A stretch of DNA of 60,844 bases, filler included, from Asterionella formosa (taxonomy: Eukaryota), in assembly GCA_002256025.1 (NCBI GenBank). It is 10 parts of 10 records of this genome, joined end to end, with 100 filler letters (N's around TTAATTAATTAA, not from the genome) between each part and the next. Parts side by side here need not be neighbours in the genome. Positions count along the whole stretch, not along the records: positions 12,223 to 18,229 come from NKIB01012859.1; positions 18,330 to 24,334 come from NKIB01012860.1; positions 24,435 to 30,434 come from NKIB01012861.1; 7 more parts are not named here. One strand, 5' to 3'. The translations under genes were made by a program, and so were the position numbers. The notes under the pieces are model-generated. The model did not search any database. It was not told the DNA's origin and saw only the letters and a program-made list of their open reading frames with translations. Each line of letters starts with the position of its first letter. Position 1 is the first letter of the stretch. Shown one piece after another: positions 12,123-25,977 of the stretch.

Positions 12123-15100
12123 NNNNNNNNNNNNNNNNNNNNNNNNNNNNNNNNNNNNNNNNNNNNTTAATTAATTAANNNNNNNNNNNNNNNNNNNNNN
12201 NNNNNNNNNNNNNNNNNNNNNNGGGGAAGAAGGGAATGCTGGTAGGGCAAATCTACAGTTTCACAGTACCAGCGTACTAATAGGTATAGTTTCACAGTAC
12301 CGGGTATTCGAATTCCTGTTAAGTCTTGTATAATTTATCTAATCATACATACTGGTAGAGTATTAAATGTTCCTTCGAAAAAGTTATTAGACTTACAAAG
12401 ATGTAAATAATACACTTTTTGAAGAAGAGGAAACGTTGAGATATTGTTAAAAAGTTCATGCTGGTAGTGCATTCTATTCCAAATAATAAACTGATGAAGG
12501 AATGGTGATGCAGAGCCTTCTACCGGTATCAAACCTACCGGTGAGAAGAGGTAAGTTATATGATTGTTTTGCTTCTCAACTGTGGCTACCAAGGGGCTTA
12601 TGATCGGTACCATGTGAGACCGGAAGCAAACTATAAGATTGTAACACTGTTTGTGTGCGCTGCTACCACTCGAAGTTTCTATACTTCCTCAGGATGAGCG
12701 ACAAAAAGCAACCTAATTACGAGGTAAGAAACCGCACTTAATATTTTTGTGCACAATGCTGCAGAGGCTTTGTATTGTCTGTGTCCATTAATTAGGATTT
12801 CGACATTAATAACATCTTTCCCTTCCATATATGCAGATGTGATTATTAACAACGCTACTACCCGTCACCCATCAATCAACAGTGAGAGCATAGGTAAGTT
12901 ACTTTACTCTCATTTGATGCTTGTTATGTCGATTGGAATGTGAAGTTATATAGATTGTTTATGTCATCAGTTTGTTGAACATGTGTGGCTGGAGATACTT
13001 TAATCGTTGCAACACTTTTGCTAACATTGATATTATCTCCTCAAAATCATACAGGAACCTTGAAGAATGTGGCTTGCTACCATTCTTAATGGAAGCAAAA
13101 ATCAACCATGAGAGCACAGGTAAGTTATATGCACATTGCCTGATCATACGGAAATTGGAGTGATGGATTGTTCATGTGATTGTTTCGTTGCACATATCTA
13201 CGCTTAGATGCCTTGCTTACGTCTGCAAATAAAAACCATCATATTCCTATGATGCATCATAGGATTGTGATCATCTGATCATAATTTTTCGTTATATCAT
13301 CTAATAATCTTGATAAATGCCCTCGTAATTTAAATAGTAACCCTTTTGACTGTGGAAATTTAATTATTATATGTATTGTTTCCTTTAGGTTCCTTTATTG
13401 AAATTTCTTGGTAGGATAATATACCAGTTAAAGTAATGTGGTTTGGCTCATCATCCTTGCCAGTCCTCACTCTGATTCTTGCAACAACGACAAAGCAGCC
13501 ATGTCAAGAGGAACGAGTGTTTGTGATAAAATCTTCATTTGTCGTTAAAATCATCATATGTCTTCGATGAATCGTCATCTACATTGCACAGTATGTTCGT
13601 ACTATGCAATCCGTTAAGAGCTTGAAAGAAATCCAATGAAAACAAAATGCTTCATCACACAAGACGAATATTTCCGGTCTGTAACCAGGTCATCAATCAT
13701 TGTTACAACCTAAATCATAGCTAAACAGCATCCATTATAGAACAGCTCAATCTACTTCTCTGTAGTAACATTGTCTCTAACAAGAATGTTATACATCTAG
13801 AATTGAAACGCAGCATATCAGGAGAAATGCACAAAGAAGCATGAGACCGTCTATTTATAGTAAGAGAGTGATTCTGGTTTCGTAATTTTCATGTCTCATT
13901 AGATTTCCTTTGTCATTGTACTGCTAGTTCCTTACCTTTGAAGAAGACAGGAGCGTATTCTTTGATGTATCTGGAATATTTCAATGGATGGCAGCATTTG
14001 GATTTAGACACAAACCTTGACAAAGGCACTAGTACTTTGTAGATGTTCATGAAAAGCGAGACACTTTGGCCTATCGAACACCAACCAGTCTATACTGCAA
14101 AAATGCAAGAAGCAAGCACAAGTTGAATGCCCATTTATGGATTCAAGTTTCAGTAGTGCAACAATGTAAAATATTAGAAACCGAAAGTCACATTTCATCT
14201 AATTACGGTTTTCATTAGCTATACTAGCTAGTATTGATTGAGAGGAAGCAATGGTAGAATGGCTGCCAAACGGGCGGGGGCAAACACAGAGAATCCTACT
14301 AATTTTTCTCCCACTTGCTACAGAAAATGGAGAACAGCCGCCATGATCTGTTGATTGTTGCTATATGGTGGTGCCACTGACCAAAACTTCCAGAAATCTC
14401 AATGAGTTGCTAGTTTCTTGACTTGAATGCAAAAGGGATCGAAACCAGTGGAGAAATCAAAAGGGAACTAAAAATGCTCTACAAACATCAGGACAATTAT
14501 GAAAGAGAAATGAAGGTTCTTGGGAGGAGAAGTAAAGGGATAATTGCTTCTGGTCTTACGGGACAAGAATGGATTGACCCAAACAATGTTGACAAATAAG
14601 TACCTACTGGAAAAGGAAGCAATGCTTTTGGCATCATCAATCTATACACAAGCCTGCGCCACCTTTTTATACACAAGCCTGCGCCACCTGACATCAGTAT
14701 AGCTAACTTGACTTCATCAATGAAGAAATCAATGTGTGGAGCATGTGAGGGAAATCGGGGTTGAGATTTTCTTGACGCCAACGTGCTTGGCTGAACTTGC
14801 AGATGAAGGCATTGAGTAACCTGGGCCAGTGAAACCAAAGCATAAAGAAAAATCTATGACAAGGGTGGTGAGATAGTGTTTAGGAGGGGGGAGCAAAAGT
14901 TATCATAGCGGAACGCATTCGAAACTTGTATAGACAATAAATGGTGGCATACCATGGCTACTCTTGGCTGACAGTTGCCAAGACAAGTACAAACACAACA
15001 AGGGTGCACAAAAGACAGTCCAATTTTAATCAACTGGCTGATACTTAGTTGTGAGACTCACCATTCTGCAATGGAGTGGTCTTTGATCATTGCTTTGTTC

Positions 15101-15356
15101 GAAGAACAATCAATTCGAATGTTGTCCACTGAAACAGCCAATGAAAACAATTGTTGCGAAAAAGCGCAGATCCGATCAAGAGATTTCATAGGAATTAAAA
15201 TAACAACAGCAGGGCATATATGATGCACTGCTCCTTGTGTAGACTTCTATATTTGATCATTTCCATATTTCATTATACTATACAGGTGCAGCATGGATGA
15301 CTCCTCCCGCCCTTTCATTAGATATGCAGGAGTCATGTTGCGATAATTCTACAGAT

Positions 15357-15385
15357 CCTAACCCTAACCCTAACCCTAACCCTAA
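15357..15385 (+). repeat. Interstitial telomere-type repeat (CCCTAA)n
   Basis: cctaaccctaaccctaaccctaaccctaa; a degenerate version sits at about 21461-21489 in copy B. Confidence 0.8.
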
Positions 15386-15982
15386 TCAAAATTGATGATA
15401 GTATAGACAGGATGTGCCATATAATGAGCATGTTTAAAACTATGCAAATGTTCAACTATATGTACATTTAAACTTCTTACAAATCTTAATACATATGTAT
15501 TCATGGCTGAAACATTTGAAATCATGTTTTGATGTTCTTTGTCATGCATACACTTTGCTAGAAGTAATTCCCAGCAATTATACAGTACTACCGGTAGGCC
15601 ATATGAATTTTGGTCAATGTGTCTTTTTTCATAAATGTATGAATTTTTTTGAAAAATTGGTGATGACTTGCCACCCGTTTATTAAGGGGCTCAATTAAAT
15701 CAGCCAATGACTTGTAGGTACAAGAATTGTCGAAAAAAAATTGAAAAAATTCAACAGGTCGTGGAAAACTGGGAACTCATCATGCATTGTAATATATATT
15801 TGAATTATGTATAATCAAAATTGATAATAGTAGACACAGGATGGGCTGTATGATAAGAGTGTTTAAAACTATGCAGATGTTCAACCATATATAAATTTAA
15901 ACTTCTTACAAATCTTAATATATATGTATTCATGGCTGAAACATTTTCAATCATGTTTTCATGTTCCTTGTCATGCATACAC
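15384..15982 (+). repeat. Internal ~170-bp direct duplication (about 15384-15553 and 15813-15982)
   Basis: Both units run aatcaaaattgat...tttaaacttcttacaaatctt...tgtcatgcatacac. A further diverged ~150-bp duplication follows (about 15960-16095 versus 16120-16240). Confidence 0.85.
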
Positions 15983-18329
15983 CATACACTTTGCTCCTGA
16001 AATGAAGGATCATCACACATGATGGCGTGGAAAACGAAAGTGATAATACAGCACAATGATACTTGCAGCTTAGAAGAGAAGGGCGGAATCAATTGATGGT
16101 AAGTCAAGAGACAATGCCTTTCATGTTCCTTGTCATGCTGCATCCACTTCCTCAAATGAAGGATCTCAAGCAACACATGATACGAAAAACTGATCATGCA
16201 GCTAATAATGAGTGAATATGACGGAGAAGGGCGGAATCAACAAGCTGTGCATAGCATCACGATTTGTCAAGAGCAAATGCCAGGATGATCAATTGCTGGG
16301 ATTAAAAATACGGAATGACTCGTCCCCTTTCAGTGATTCAATATCTCCTTTTCGATTTGGTGGCTGGCCAACCATCAATGTGGATAAAAGAAATCGGTAA
16401 GTGCTGCCTATCAGCCATCTTTGGATCAATCCACAACTGTTAGAAAAACTGACACATATGTGTTGCTTCTTTCAGGATAATGGTAGACAAACAGTATTTG
16501 TAAGTTACAAACAGCAGTGTTGGAGCCCATTTATTGATCGATACTTTGCTTCTCATTCAATTTTCGACTGGCACATTCTTCTACAGAAATAAGCATCAGT
16601 TACTTCCTCAATTTGTGATAAGTGAAGCAAGATAGAAGCGAAACGAATGTTGTTGTGTGAGCAAAACATGAACAGCTAACAATGAATTGCTTCTCTTTGT
16701 TAGTATGGCTGATTGGAACAACGAAACGGATTCAATAGTAATAGGAAAATGCGTGAATGCAAACTCAGATCCGTCAGGAGTAAATGGAACAAAGCAGGCA
16801 GGGGAACAACGGCAAGGCAACCAGTACAACAACCTTCAGAATTGGATCGGGGAGAGGATAGAAGCGAAAGCACCAATCATTGCGATGAGAGAATTGTAGA
16901 ACATTCTGTAGCCACTCAAGATATAGAAACACAAAACCATTCTTAAATATAGTTCTAAATTTCAATCAATTTCATCCTATTTTAGACAGTGATATCGATG
17001 AGAATTACGATCATGCTGAGATAGATATATGACAAAAGTATACACATCATATGACCATGTTTAACTAATTATATGATGCAATGGCATTATAACTATGATA
17101 GTATCATCATACTTCAAACTCGGTAAAAGTTTACTGCATGATCATAATTATATGATACATTGATCATAATTTTGATCGAAAAACTATCATATATGTACAG
17201 ACGTACTTGATGCAACAGTTTTGCTAACATTATTGTTATTATCTCTTACAGGAAAGTTGTACAAGAACATTGGAGAATGTGACTTGCTGCCATTCGCAAT
17301 TGTACATGTTCGAATAAAGCGTCATCAATTTCGTTTACTCTCTCATTTCATTTTGAAAAGGCAATCATAGCTACCGGAAGTGAAAATTAAGGTATTGAAG
17401 ACCACTGTGTGCTCATTCACAGTGGAAAGTATGGGTGACCAGAAGTAGAATATTTGAATATTAAATAGCAATTCATTTAATTCGATTTGTGTTCATCATT
17501 GATCGAACATGATAATAGGTTTGATCAATGAGTGAAATTGCTTAGTTAGATCAGTAGTGATGAACGTTAGATCAAAAGCTAAAATTTCTATTTGATATTA
17601 TCATTCCAAAGTTTAGACCAAATGAATAACTGATTTGATCTCACGATTACTATCTTTAGATCGAACACCAAAACGTTAGTTGATATCAATCAGTTTTTGT
17701 ATGATCAATCCGTATTTCTATATAATCAATCAATATTTCTGCATGATCAATCAAAAAATAATACGTCATACTGAGAATTTTTGGGGCAGTGCTGGGTCTT
17801 ACAGCAAAACTGTTAGGCCTAATGGTTTTTTATTTACAGACATTCCCACTGTTGCTTAAGTTTTTCTCTTGTTGTTATCACTGGTTCTTCATGTATGATG
17901 ATTCAACAAAACGGAACTCTCATGCTATATTAATGGCCTCGACCTCCCTAGAATGTTTCCATTTCTTTTGGAACATTTGTATTTACATTAGGACTGCTGA
18001 GATACAGTCTTCTTTCCACTGTTCTTTGTTTCATCAGTTTCATTTCGACTGTGGCGTCCTTTGCCGCCATTTATAATCAAGGCAAGGAGACGAGTTTGGT
18101 TGCCTGATCTTGTCATTGTCTATTGTTTGAAATGTAGTAATGATGTCATAAATTAATGAGGATTTTAAATGTTCATTACCTATGCTTGAAATGTTTAAAT
18201 ATTCGAATATTCATTGATAAGGTTGAACANNNNNNNNNNNNNNNNNNNNNNNNNNNNNNNNNNNNNNNNNNNNTTAATTAATTAANNNNNNNNNNNNNNN
18301 NNNNNNNNNNNNNNNNNNNNNNNNNNNNN

Positions 18330-21300
18330 GGGGAAGAAGGGAATGCTGGTAGGGCAAATCTACAGTTTCACAGTACCAGCGTACTAATAGGTATAGTTTC
18401 ACAGTACCGGGTATTCGAATTCCTGTTAAGTCTTGTATAATTTATCTAATCATACAAACTGGTAGGGTATTAAATGTTCCTTCGAAAAAGTTATTAGACT
18501 TACAAAGATTTAAATAATACACTTTTTGAAGAAGAGGAAACGTTGAGATATTGTTAAAAAGTTCATGCTGGTAGTGCATTCTATTCCAAATAATAAACTG
18601 ATGAGGGAATGGTGATGCAGAGCCTTCTACCGGTATCAAACCTACCGGTGAGAAGAGGTAAGTTATATGATTGTTTTGCTTCTCAACTGTGGCTACCAAG
18701 GGCTTATGATCGGTACCATGTGAGACTGGAAGCAAACTATAAGATTGTAACACTGTTTGTGTGCGCTGCTACCACTCGAAGTTTCCATACTTCCTCAGGA
18801 TGAGCGACAAAAAGCAACCTAATTACGAGGTAAGAAACCGCACTTAATATTTTTGTGCACAATGCTGCAGAGGCTTTGTATTGTCTGTGTCCATTAATTA
18901 GGATTTCGACATTAATAACATCTTTCCCTTCCATATATGCAGATGTGATTATTAACAACGCTACTACCCGTCACCCATCAATCAACAGTGAGAGCATAGG
19001 GAAGTTACTTTACTCTCATTTGATGCTCGTTATGTCGATTGGAATGTGAAGTCATATAGATTGTTTATGTCATCAGATAGTGGTACATGTGTGGCTGGAG
19101 ATGCTTTAATCATTGCAACACTTTTGCTAACATTGATATTATCTTCTCAAAATCATACAGGAACCTTGAAGAATGTGGCTTGCTACCATTCTTAATGGAA
19201 GCAACAATCAACCATGAGAGCAAGGAAAATTATATGCACATTGCCTGATCATACGGAAATTGCAGTGATGGATTGTTCATGTGATCGTTTCGTTGCACAT
19301 ATCTACGCTTAGATGCCTTGCTTACGTCTGCAAATAAAAACCATCATATTCCTATGATGCATCATAGGATTGTGATCATCTGATCATAATTTTTCGTCAT
19401 ATCATCTAATAATCTTGATAAATGCCCTCGTAATTTAAATAGTAACCCTTTTGACTGTGGAAATTTAATTATTTTATGAATTGCTTCCTTTAGGTTCCTT
19501 TATTGAAATTTCTTGGTAGGATAATATACCAGTTAAAGTAATGTGGTTTGGCTCATCATCCTTGCCAGTCCTCACTCTGATTGTCAAGAGGAACGAGTGT
19601 TTGTGATAAAATCTTCATTTGTCGTTAAAATCATCATATGTCTTCGATGAATCGTCATCTACATTGCACAGTATGTTCGTACTATGCAATCCGTTAAGAG
19701 CTTGAAAGAAATCTAATGAAAACAAAATGGTTCATCACACAAGACGAATATTTCCGGTCTGTAACCAGATCATCAATCATTGTTACAACCTAAATCATAG
19801 CTAAACAGCATCCATTATAGAACAGCTCAATCTACTTCTCTGTAGTAACATCGTCTCTAACAAGAATGTTATACATCTAGAATTGAAACGCAGCATAGCA
19901 GGAGAAATTCACAAAGAAGCATGAGACCGTCTATTTATAGTAACAGAGTGATTCTGGTTTCGTAATTTTCATGTCTCATTAGATTTCCTTTGTCATTGTA
20001 CTGCTAGATCCTTACCTTTGAAGAAGACAGGAGCGTATTCTTTGATGTATCTGGAATATTTCAATGGATGGCAGCATTTGGATTTAGACACAAACCTTGA
20101 CAAAGGCACTAGTACTTTGTTGATGTTCATGAAAAGCGAGACACTTTGGCCTACCGAACACCAGCCTGTCTATACTGCAAAAATGCAAGAAGCACAAGTT
20201 GAATGCCCATTTATGGATTCAAGATTCAGTAGTGCAACAATGTAAAATATTAGAAACCGGATGTCACATTTCATCTAATTACGGTTTTCATTAGCTATAC
20301 TAGCTAGTATTGATTGAGAGGAAGCAATGGTAGAATGGCTGCCAAACGGGCGGAGGCAAACACAGAGAATCCTACTAATTTTTCTCCCCAATGATCCCAG
20401 ACCCTTCTTGAATGTCACTTGCTACAGAAAATGGAGAACAGCCGCCATGATCTGTTGATTGTTGCTATATGGTGGTGCCACTGACCAAAACCTCCAGAAA
20501 TCTCAATGAGTTGCTAGTTTCTTGACTTGAATTCAAAAGGGATCGAAACCAGTGGAGAAATCAACAGGGAACTAAAAATGCTCTACAAACATCAGGACAA
20601 TTATGAAAGAGAAATGAAGGTTCTTGGCAGGAGAAGTAAAGGGATAATTGCTTCTGGTCTTGTGGGACAAGAATGGATTGACCCAAACAATGTTGACAAA
20701 TAAGTACCTACTGGAAAAGGAAGCAATGTTTTTGGCATCATCAATCTATATACAAGCCTGCGCCACCTTTTTATACACAAGCCTGCGCCACCTGACATCA
20801 GTATAGCTAACTTGACTTCATCAATGAAGAAATCAATGTGAGGAGCATGTGAGATAAATCGGGGTTGAGGTTTTCTTGACGCCAACGTGCTTGGCTGAAC
20901 TTGCAGATGAAGGCATTGAGTAACCTGGGCCAGTGAAACCAAAGCATAAAGAAAAATCTATGACAAGGGTGGTGAGATAGTATTTAGGAGGGGGGAGCAA
21001 AATTTATCATAGCGGAACGCATTCGAAACTTGTATAGACAATAAATGGTGAAATACCATGGCTACTCTTGGCTGACAGTTGCCAAGACAAGTACAAACAC
21101 AACAAGGGTGCACAAAAGACAGTCCAATTTTAATCAACTGGCTGATACTTAGTTGTGAGACTCACCATTCTGCAATGGAGTGGACTTTGATCATTGCTTT
21201 GTTCGAAGAACAATCAATTCGAATGCTGTCCACTGAAACAGCCAATGAAAACAATTGTGGCGAAAAAGCGCAGATCCGATCAAGAGATTTCATAGGAATT

Positions 21301-24300
21301 AAAATAACAACAGCAGGGCATATATGATGCACTGCTCCTTGTGTAGACTACTATATTTGATCATTTCCATATTTCATTATACTATACAGGTGCAGCATGG
21401 ATGACTCCTCCCGCCCTTTCATTAGATATGCAGGAGTCATGTTGCGATAATTCTACAGATCCTAACACTCACCCTAACCCGAACCCTAATCAAAATTGAT
21501 GATAGTATACACAGGATGTGCCATATAATGAGCATGTTTAAAACTATGCAAATGTTCAACTATATATACATTTAAACTTCTTACAAATCTTTATATATAT
21601 GTATTCATGGCTGAAACATTTGAAATCATGTTTTCATGTTCTTTGTCATGCATACACTTTGCTAGAAGTAATTCCCAGCAATTATACAGTACTACCGGTA
21701 GGCCATATGAATTTTGGTCAATGTGTCTTTTTTCATAAATGTATGATTTTTTTTGAAAAATTGGTGATGACTTGCCACCCGTTTATTAAGGGGCTTAATT
21801 AAATCAGCCACTGAATTGTAGGTACAAGAATTGTCGAAAAAAATTGAAAAAATTCAACAGGTCGTGGAAAACTGGGAACTCATCATGCATTGTAGTATAT
21901 ATTTGAATTATGTATAATCAAAATTGATAATAGTAGACACAGGATGGGCTGTATGATAAGAGTGTTTAAAACTATGCAAATATTCAACCATATATAAATT
22001 TAAACTTCTTACAAATCTTAATATATATGTATTCATAGCTGAAACATTTTCAATCATGTTTTCATGTTCGTTGTCATGCATACACTTTGCTGCTGAAGTG
22101 AAGGATCATCACACATGATGGCGTGGAAAACGAAAGTGATAATACAGCACAATGATACTTGCAGCTTAGAAGAGAAGGGCGGAATCAATTGATGGTAAGT
22201 CAAGAGACAATGCCTTTCATGTTCCTTGTCATGCTGCATCCACTTCCTGAAATGAAGGATCTCAAGCAACACATGATGCGAAAAACTGAAGTGAAAATTC
22301 AGCACAATAAGAATGACTGAATATGATGGAGAAGGGCGGAATCGACAAGCTGTGCATAGCATCACGGTTTGTCAAGAGCAAATGCCAAGATGATCAATTG
22401 CTGGGATTACAATTACGGAATGACTCGTCCCCTTTCAGTGATTCAATAGCTCCTTTTCGATTTGGTGGCTGGTGGCCAACCATCAATGTGGACAAAAGGA
22501 ATCGGTAAGTGCTGCCTATCAGCCATCTTTGGATCAATCCACAACTGTTAGAAAAACTCACACATATGTGTTGCTTCTTTCAGGATAATGGTAGACAAAC
22601 AGTATTTGTAAGTTACAAACAGCAGTGTTGGAGCCCATTTATTGATCGATACTTTCTCATATAATCTTCAACTGAAACATTTTCTTACAGAAATATTATG
22701 CAACAGTTACTTCCTCAATTTGTGATAAGTGAAGATAGAAGCGAAACGAATGTTGTTGTGTAAGCAAAACATGAACAGCTAACAATGAATTGCTTCTCTT
22801 TGTTAGTATGGCTGATTGGAACAACGAAACGGATTCTATAGTAATATGAAAATGCGTGAATGCAAACTCAGATCCGTCAGGAGTAAATAGAACAAAGCAG
22901 GCAGGGGAACAACGGCAAGGCAACCAGTACAACAACCTTCAGAATCGGATCGGGGAGAGGATAGAAGTGAAAGCACCAATCATTGCGATGAGAGAATTGT
23001 AGAACATTCTGTAGCCACTCAAGATATAGAAACATAAAACCATTCTTAAATATAGTTCTAAATTTCAATCAATTTCATCCTATTTTAGACAGTGATATCG
23101 ATGAGAATTACGATCATGCTAAGATAGATGTATGACAAAAGTATACACATCATGAAAATGACCATGTTTAACTAATTATATGATGCAATGGTATTATAAC
23201 TATGATAGTATCATCATACTTCAAGCTCGGTAGAAGTTTACTGCATGATCATAATTATATGATACATTGATCATAATTTTGATCGAAAAACTATTATATA
23301 TGTACAGACGTACTTGATGCAACAGTTTTGCTAACAATATTGTTATTATCTCTTACAGGAAAGTTGTACAAGAACATTGGAGAATGTGACTTGCTGCCCT
23401 TCGCAATTTTACATGTTCGAATAAAGCATCATCAATTTCGTTTACTCTCTCATTTCATTTTGAAAAGGCAATCATAGCTACCGGAAGTGAAAATTAAGGT
23501 ATTGAAGACCACTGTGTGCTCATTCACAGTGGAAAGTATGGGTGACCAGAAGTAGAATATTTGAGTATTAAATAGCAATCCATTTAATTCGATTTGTGTT
23601 CATCATTGATCGAACATGATAATAGGTTTGATCAATGAGTGAAATTGCTTAGTTAGATCAGTAGTGATGAACGTTAGATCGAAAGCTAAAATTTCTATTT
23701 GATATTATCATTCCAAAGGTTAGACCAAATGAATAACTGATTTGATCTCATGATTACTATCTTTAGATCGAACACCAAAACGTTAGTTGATATCAATCAG
23801 TTTTTGTATGATCAATCAGTATTTCTATAATCAATCAATATTTCTGTATGATCAATCAAAAAATGGTACGTCATACTGAGAATTTTTGGGGCAGTGCTGG
23901 GTCTTACAGCAAAACTGTTAGGCCTAATGGTTTTTAATTTACAGACATTCCCACTGTGGCGTAAATTTTTCTCTTGTTGTTATCACTGGTTCTTCATGTA
24001 TGATGAATCAACAAAACGGAACTCTCATGCTATATTAATGGCCTCGACCTCCCTAGAATGTTTCCATTTCTTTTGGAACATTTGTATTTATATTAGGACT
24101 GCTGAGATACATTCATCTTTCTACTGTTCTTTGTTTCATCAGTTTCATTTCGCCTGTGGCGTCCTTTGCCGCCATTTATAATCAAGGCAAGGAGACGAGT
24201 TTGGTTACCTGATCTTGTCATTGTCTATTGTTTGAAATGTAGTAATGATGTCATAAATTAATGAGGATTTTAAATGTTCATTACCTATGCTTGAAATGTT

Positions 24301-24334
24301 TAAATATTCGAATATTCATTGATAAGGTTGAACA
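18330..24334 (+). repeat. Copy B of the ~6.0 kb near-identical contig pair
   Basis: Same start, end and short ORFs as copy A. Lacks a ~23-nt segment present near 13480 and has an extra ~28-nt segment near 20390. Confidence 0.97.
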
Positions 24335-25533
24335 NNNNNNNNNNNNNNNNNNNNNNNNNNNNNNNNNNNNNNNNNNNNTTAATTAATTAANNNNNNNNNN
24401 NNNNNNNNNNNNNNNNNNNNNNNNNNNNNNNNNNCTGCTGTGGATGCCATGTTGGTACAATCACAACTGCCTACAGTTAGTCTGGTCTAACGATCCACTT
24501 TGTATACCTGGTACTCTTACTATACATACAGTGTTGCTATGTAGAAATGAATGATTGCAGTTGATGATGTCGAATGTATTAAAATGAAATAATGTTCCGG
24601 TCCGTAAAACAATTGCTTTATGCTGTGAACATACAGGTAGGCAGTTTCCCTACCGGTAGAGCGTAAACAACGGTAATGCTTAAAGGCTTACAGATATATG
24701 AGTATAGACATCTCATGAATAAAATGATGCTCCTCAGGCCGCGCATCTTGTTATGGATGGACCGGTTTTCATGTATACTAAAACTATAGCAAAAGTACCA
24801 GTCCGTAATTGGTAAAATAAAACCCAAGTTGTATTTTCCTGTAGGCCTCTGGTACGTGTCTACTGGGTCATTTTAATACTGGCACGGTATTGATCTGAAA
24901 ATACTAGTGGAAGCACCGTGTTACAACAGTATTTGCCAGGTTGCGGCCCCGGCTTAACCCTAGTTCGTAGAAAAAGTAGCTAGGGTTGTAAAAACGGCGT
25001 GGAACAAGGAGTTTCCTACTATGAATTCTCATGATTCGAGTGTCCATTTGAATAGTTGAATTAAATAGGAATCGGGGCCAGACTGATAGAGTTCCATTTG
25101 AAAATAATTATGATATTTAAGGCCGTTGCTAACTGTTGACCCAAACCAAAACCCAAAAACTTTTTTAGATTGGTTTTGGTTTTGGTCAACTGACGAAAAA
25201 ACGATGCTATCGGTTTTTGGGAAATCCTAAATGCTGTCAACCACCCATCTACTGTGACGTAGGATGACAAAACCATTATAAAAAAGTAAAATATTTCTAT
25301 TAGACTACTTTTATAAATGAAATATTATGATTCCTATTTGGGAATTAGTTAGTTTTTCCCGCAATTTGAGCGATGCTGCTGTCTTGTTGTCATCCAACTA
25401 CACACCAGTATGTATATATATAATATAGAGTCGTAAATATATACTCCAAGTGCATATTACCAGGTACACAACAACAACAAGAACATAACAACATCTGTCG
25501 ATTGCCAACAATCAGCATCCTCAATCATGGCAG

Positions 25534-25977
25534 GTGCCAGCACCCCTTCCAGCCAAGAGCTCTCTTTCTCCCTCTGCATGGCAAAAGGAGTTGCAACGAA
25601 CTGTTGCTGTTGCTGTTCTGGACAAGGTATCAGGAGGGCCAACAATGACAATCAAAAATCTTCAGAATAAAATATATCTACTTTATCATGGCGATCCATC
25701 CGTGAAAGGAAGCATTGGATATTTGGAGTCTCTGCTGAGGGGAAGGGGTCAGTTCGAAGACCTTTGGAGTAGAGAGGAGCTGAATACCAACATCCCAGAA
25801 AGAAATGCAGATCGTGTTTCTGCCTTTGATTTGGTCTTAAAAGATTGCTATTCCTGTGATTGTCAAAACAGATATGTTGTTGGCTCTCAATTCACTACAA
25901 GATCTCTTGCAGGCACTGGAATGAAAAATATGTCCACTTTAAAAACGTTTATTCTTTTTTATCGTTGCTGCGTGTAG
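25534..25977 (+). pseudogene. Possible accessory ORF remnant of the PIF/Harbinger element
   Basis: Protein-like frame convergent with the Harbinger transposase, as in the element at 52017-54771; no diagnostic motif seen. Confidence 0.35.

Larger units (their letters stand above)
12223..18229 (+). repeat. Copy A of a ~6.0 kb near-identical contig pair
   Basis: Colinear with 18330-24334 from GGGGAAGAAGGG to GGTTGAACA, differing only by substitutions and small indels; no long ORF. Confidence 0.97.

Noticed and set aside
14643..14689. 22-bp direct repeat tatacacaagcctgcgccacct
   Set aside because: A simple local duplication with two copies and no further structure.
12223..24334. Tandem duplication or giant LTR pair
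   Set aside because: The copies are separate contigs split by a linker; physical adjacency is not shown.
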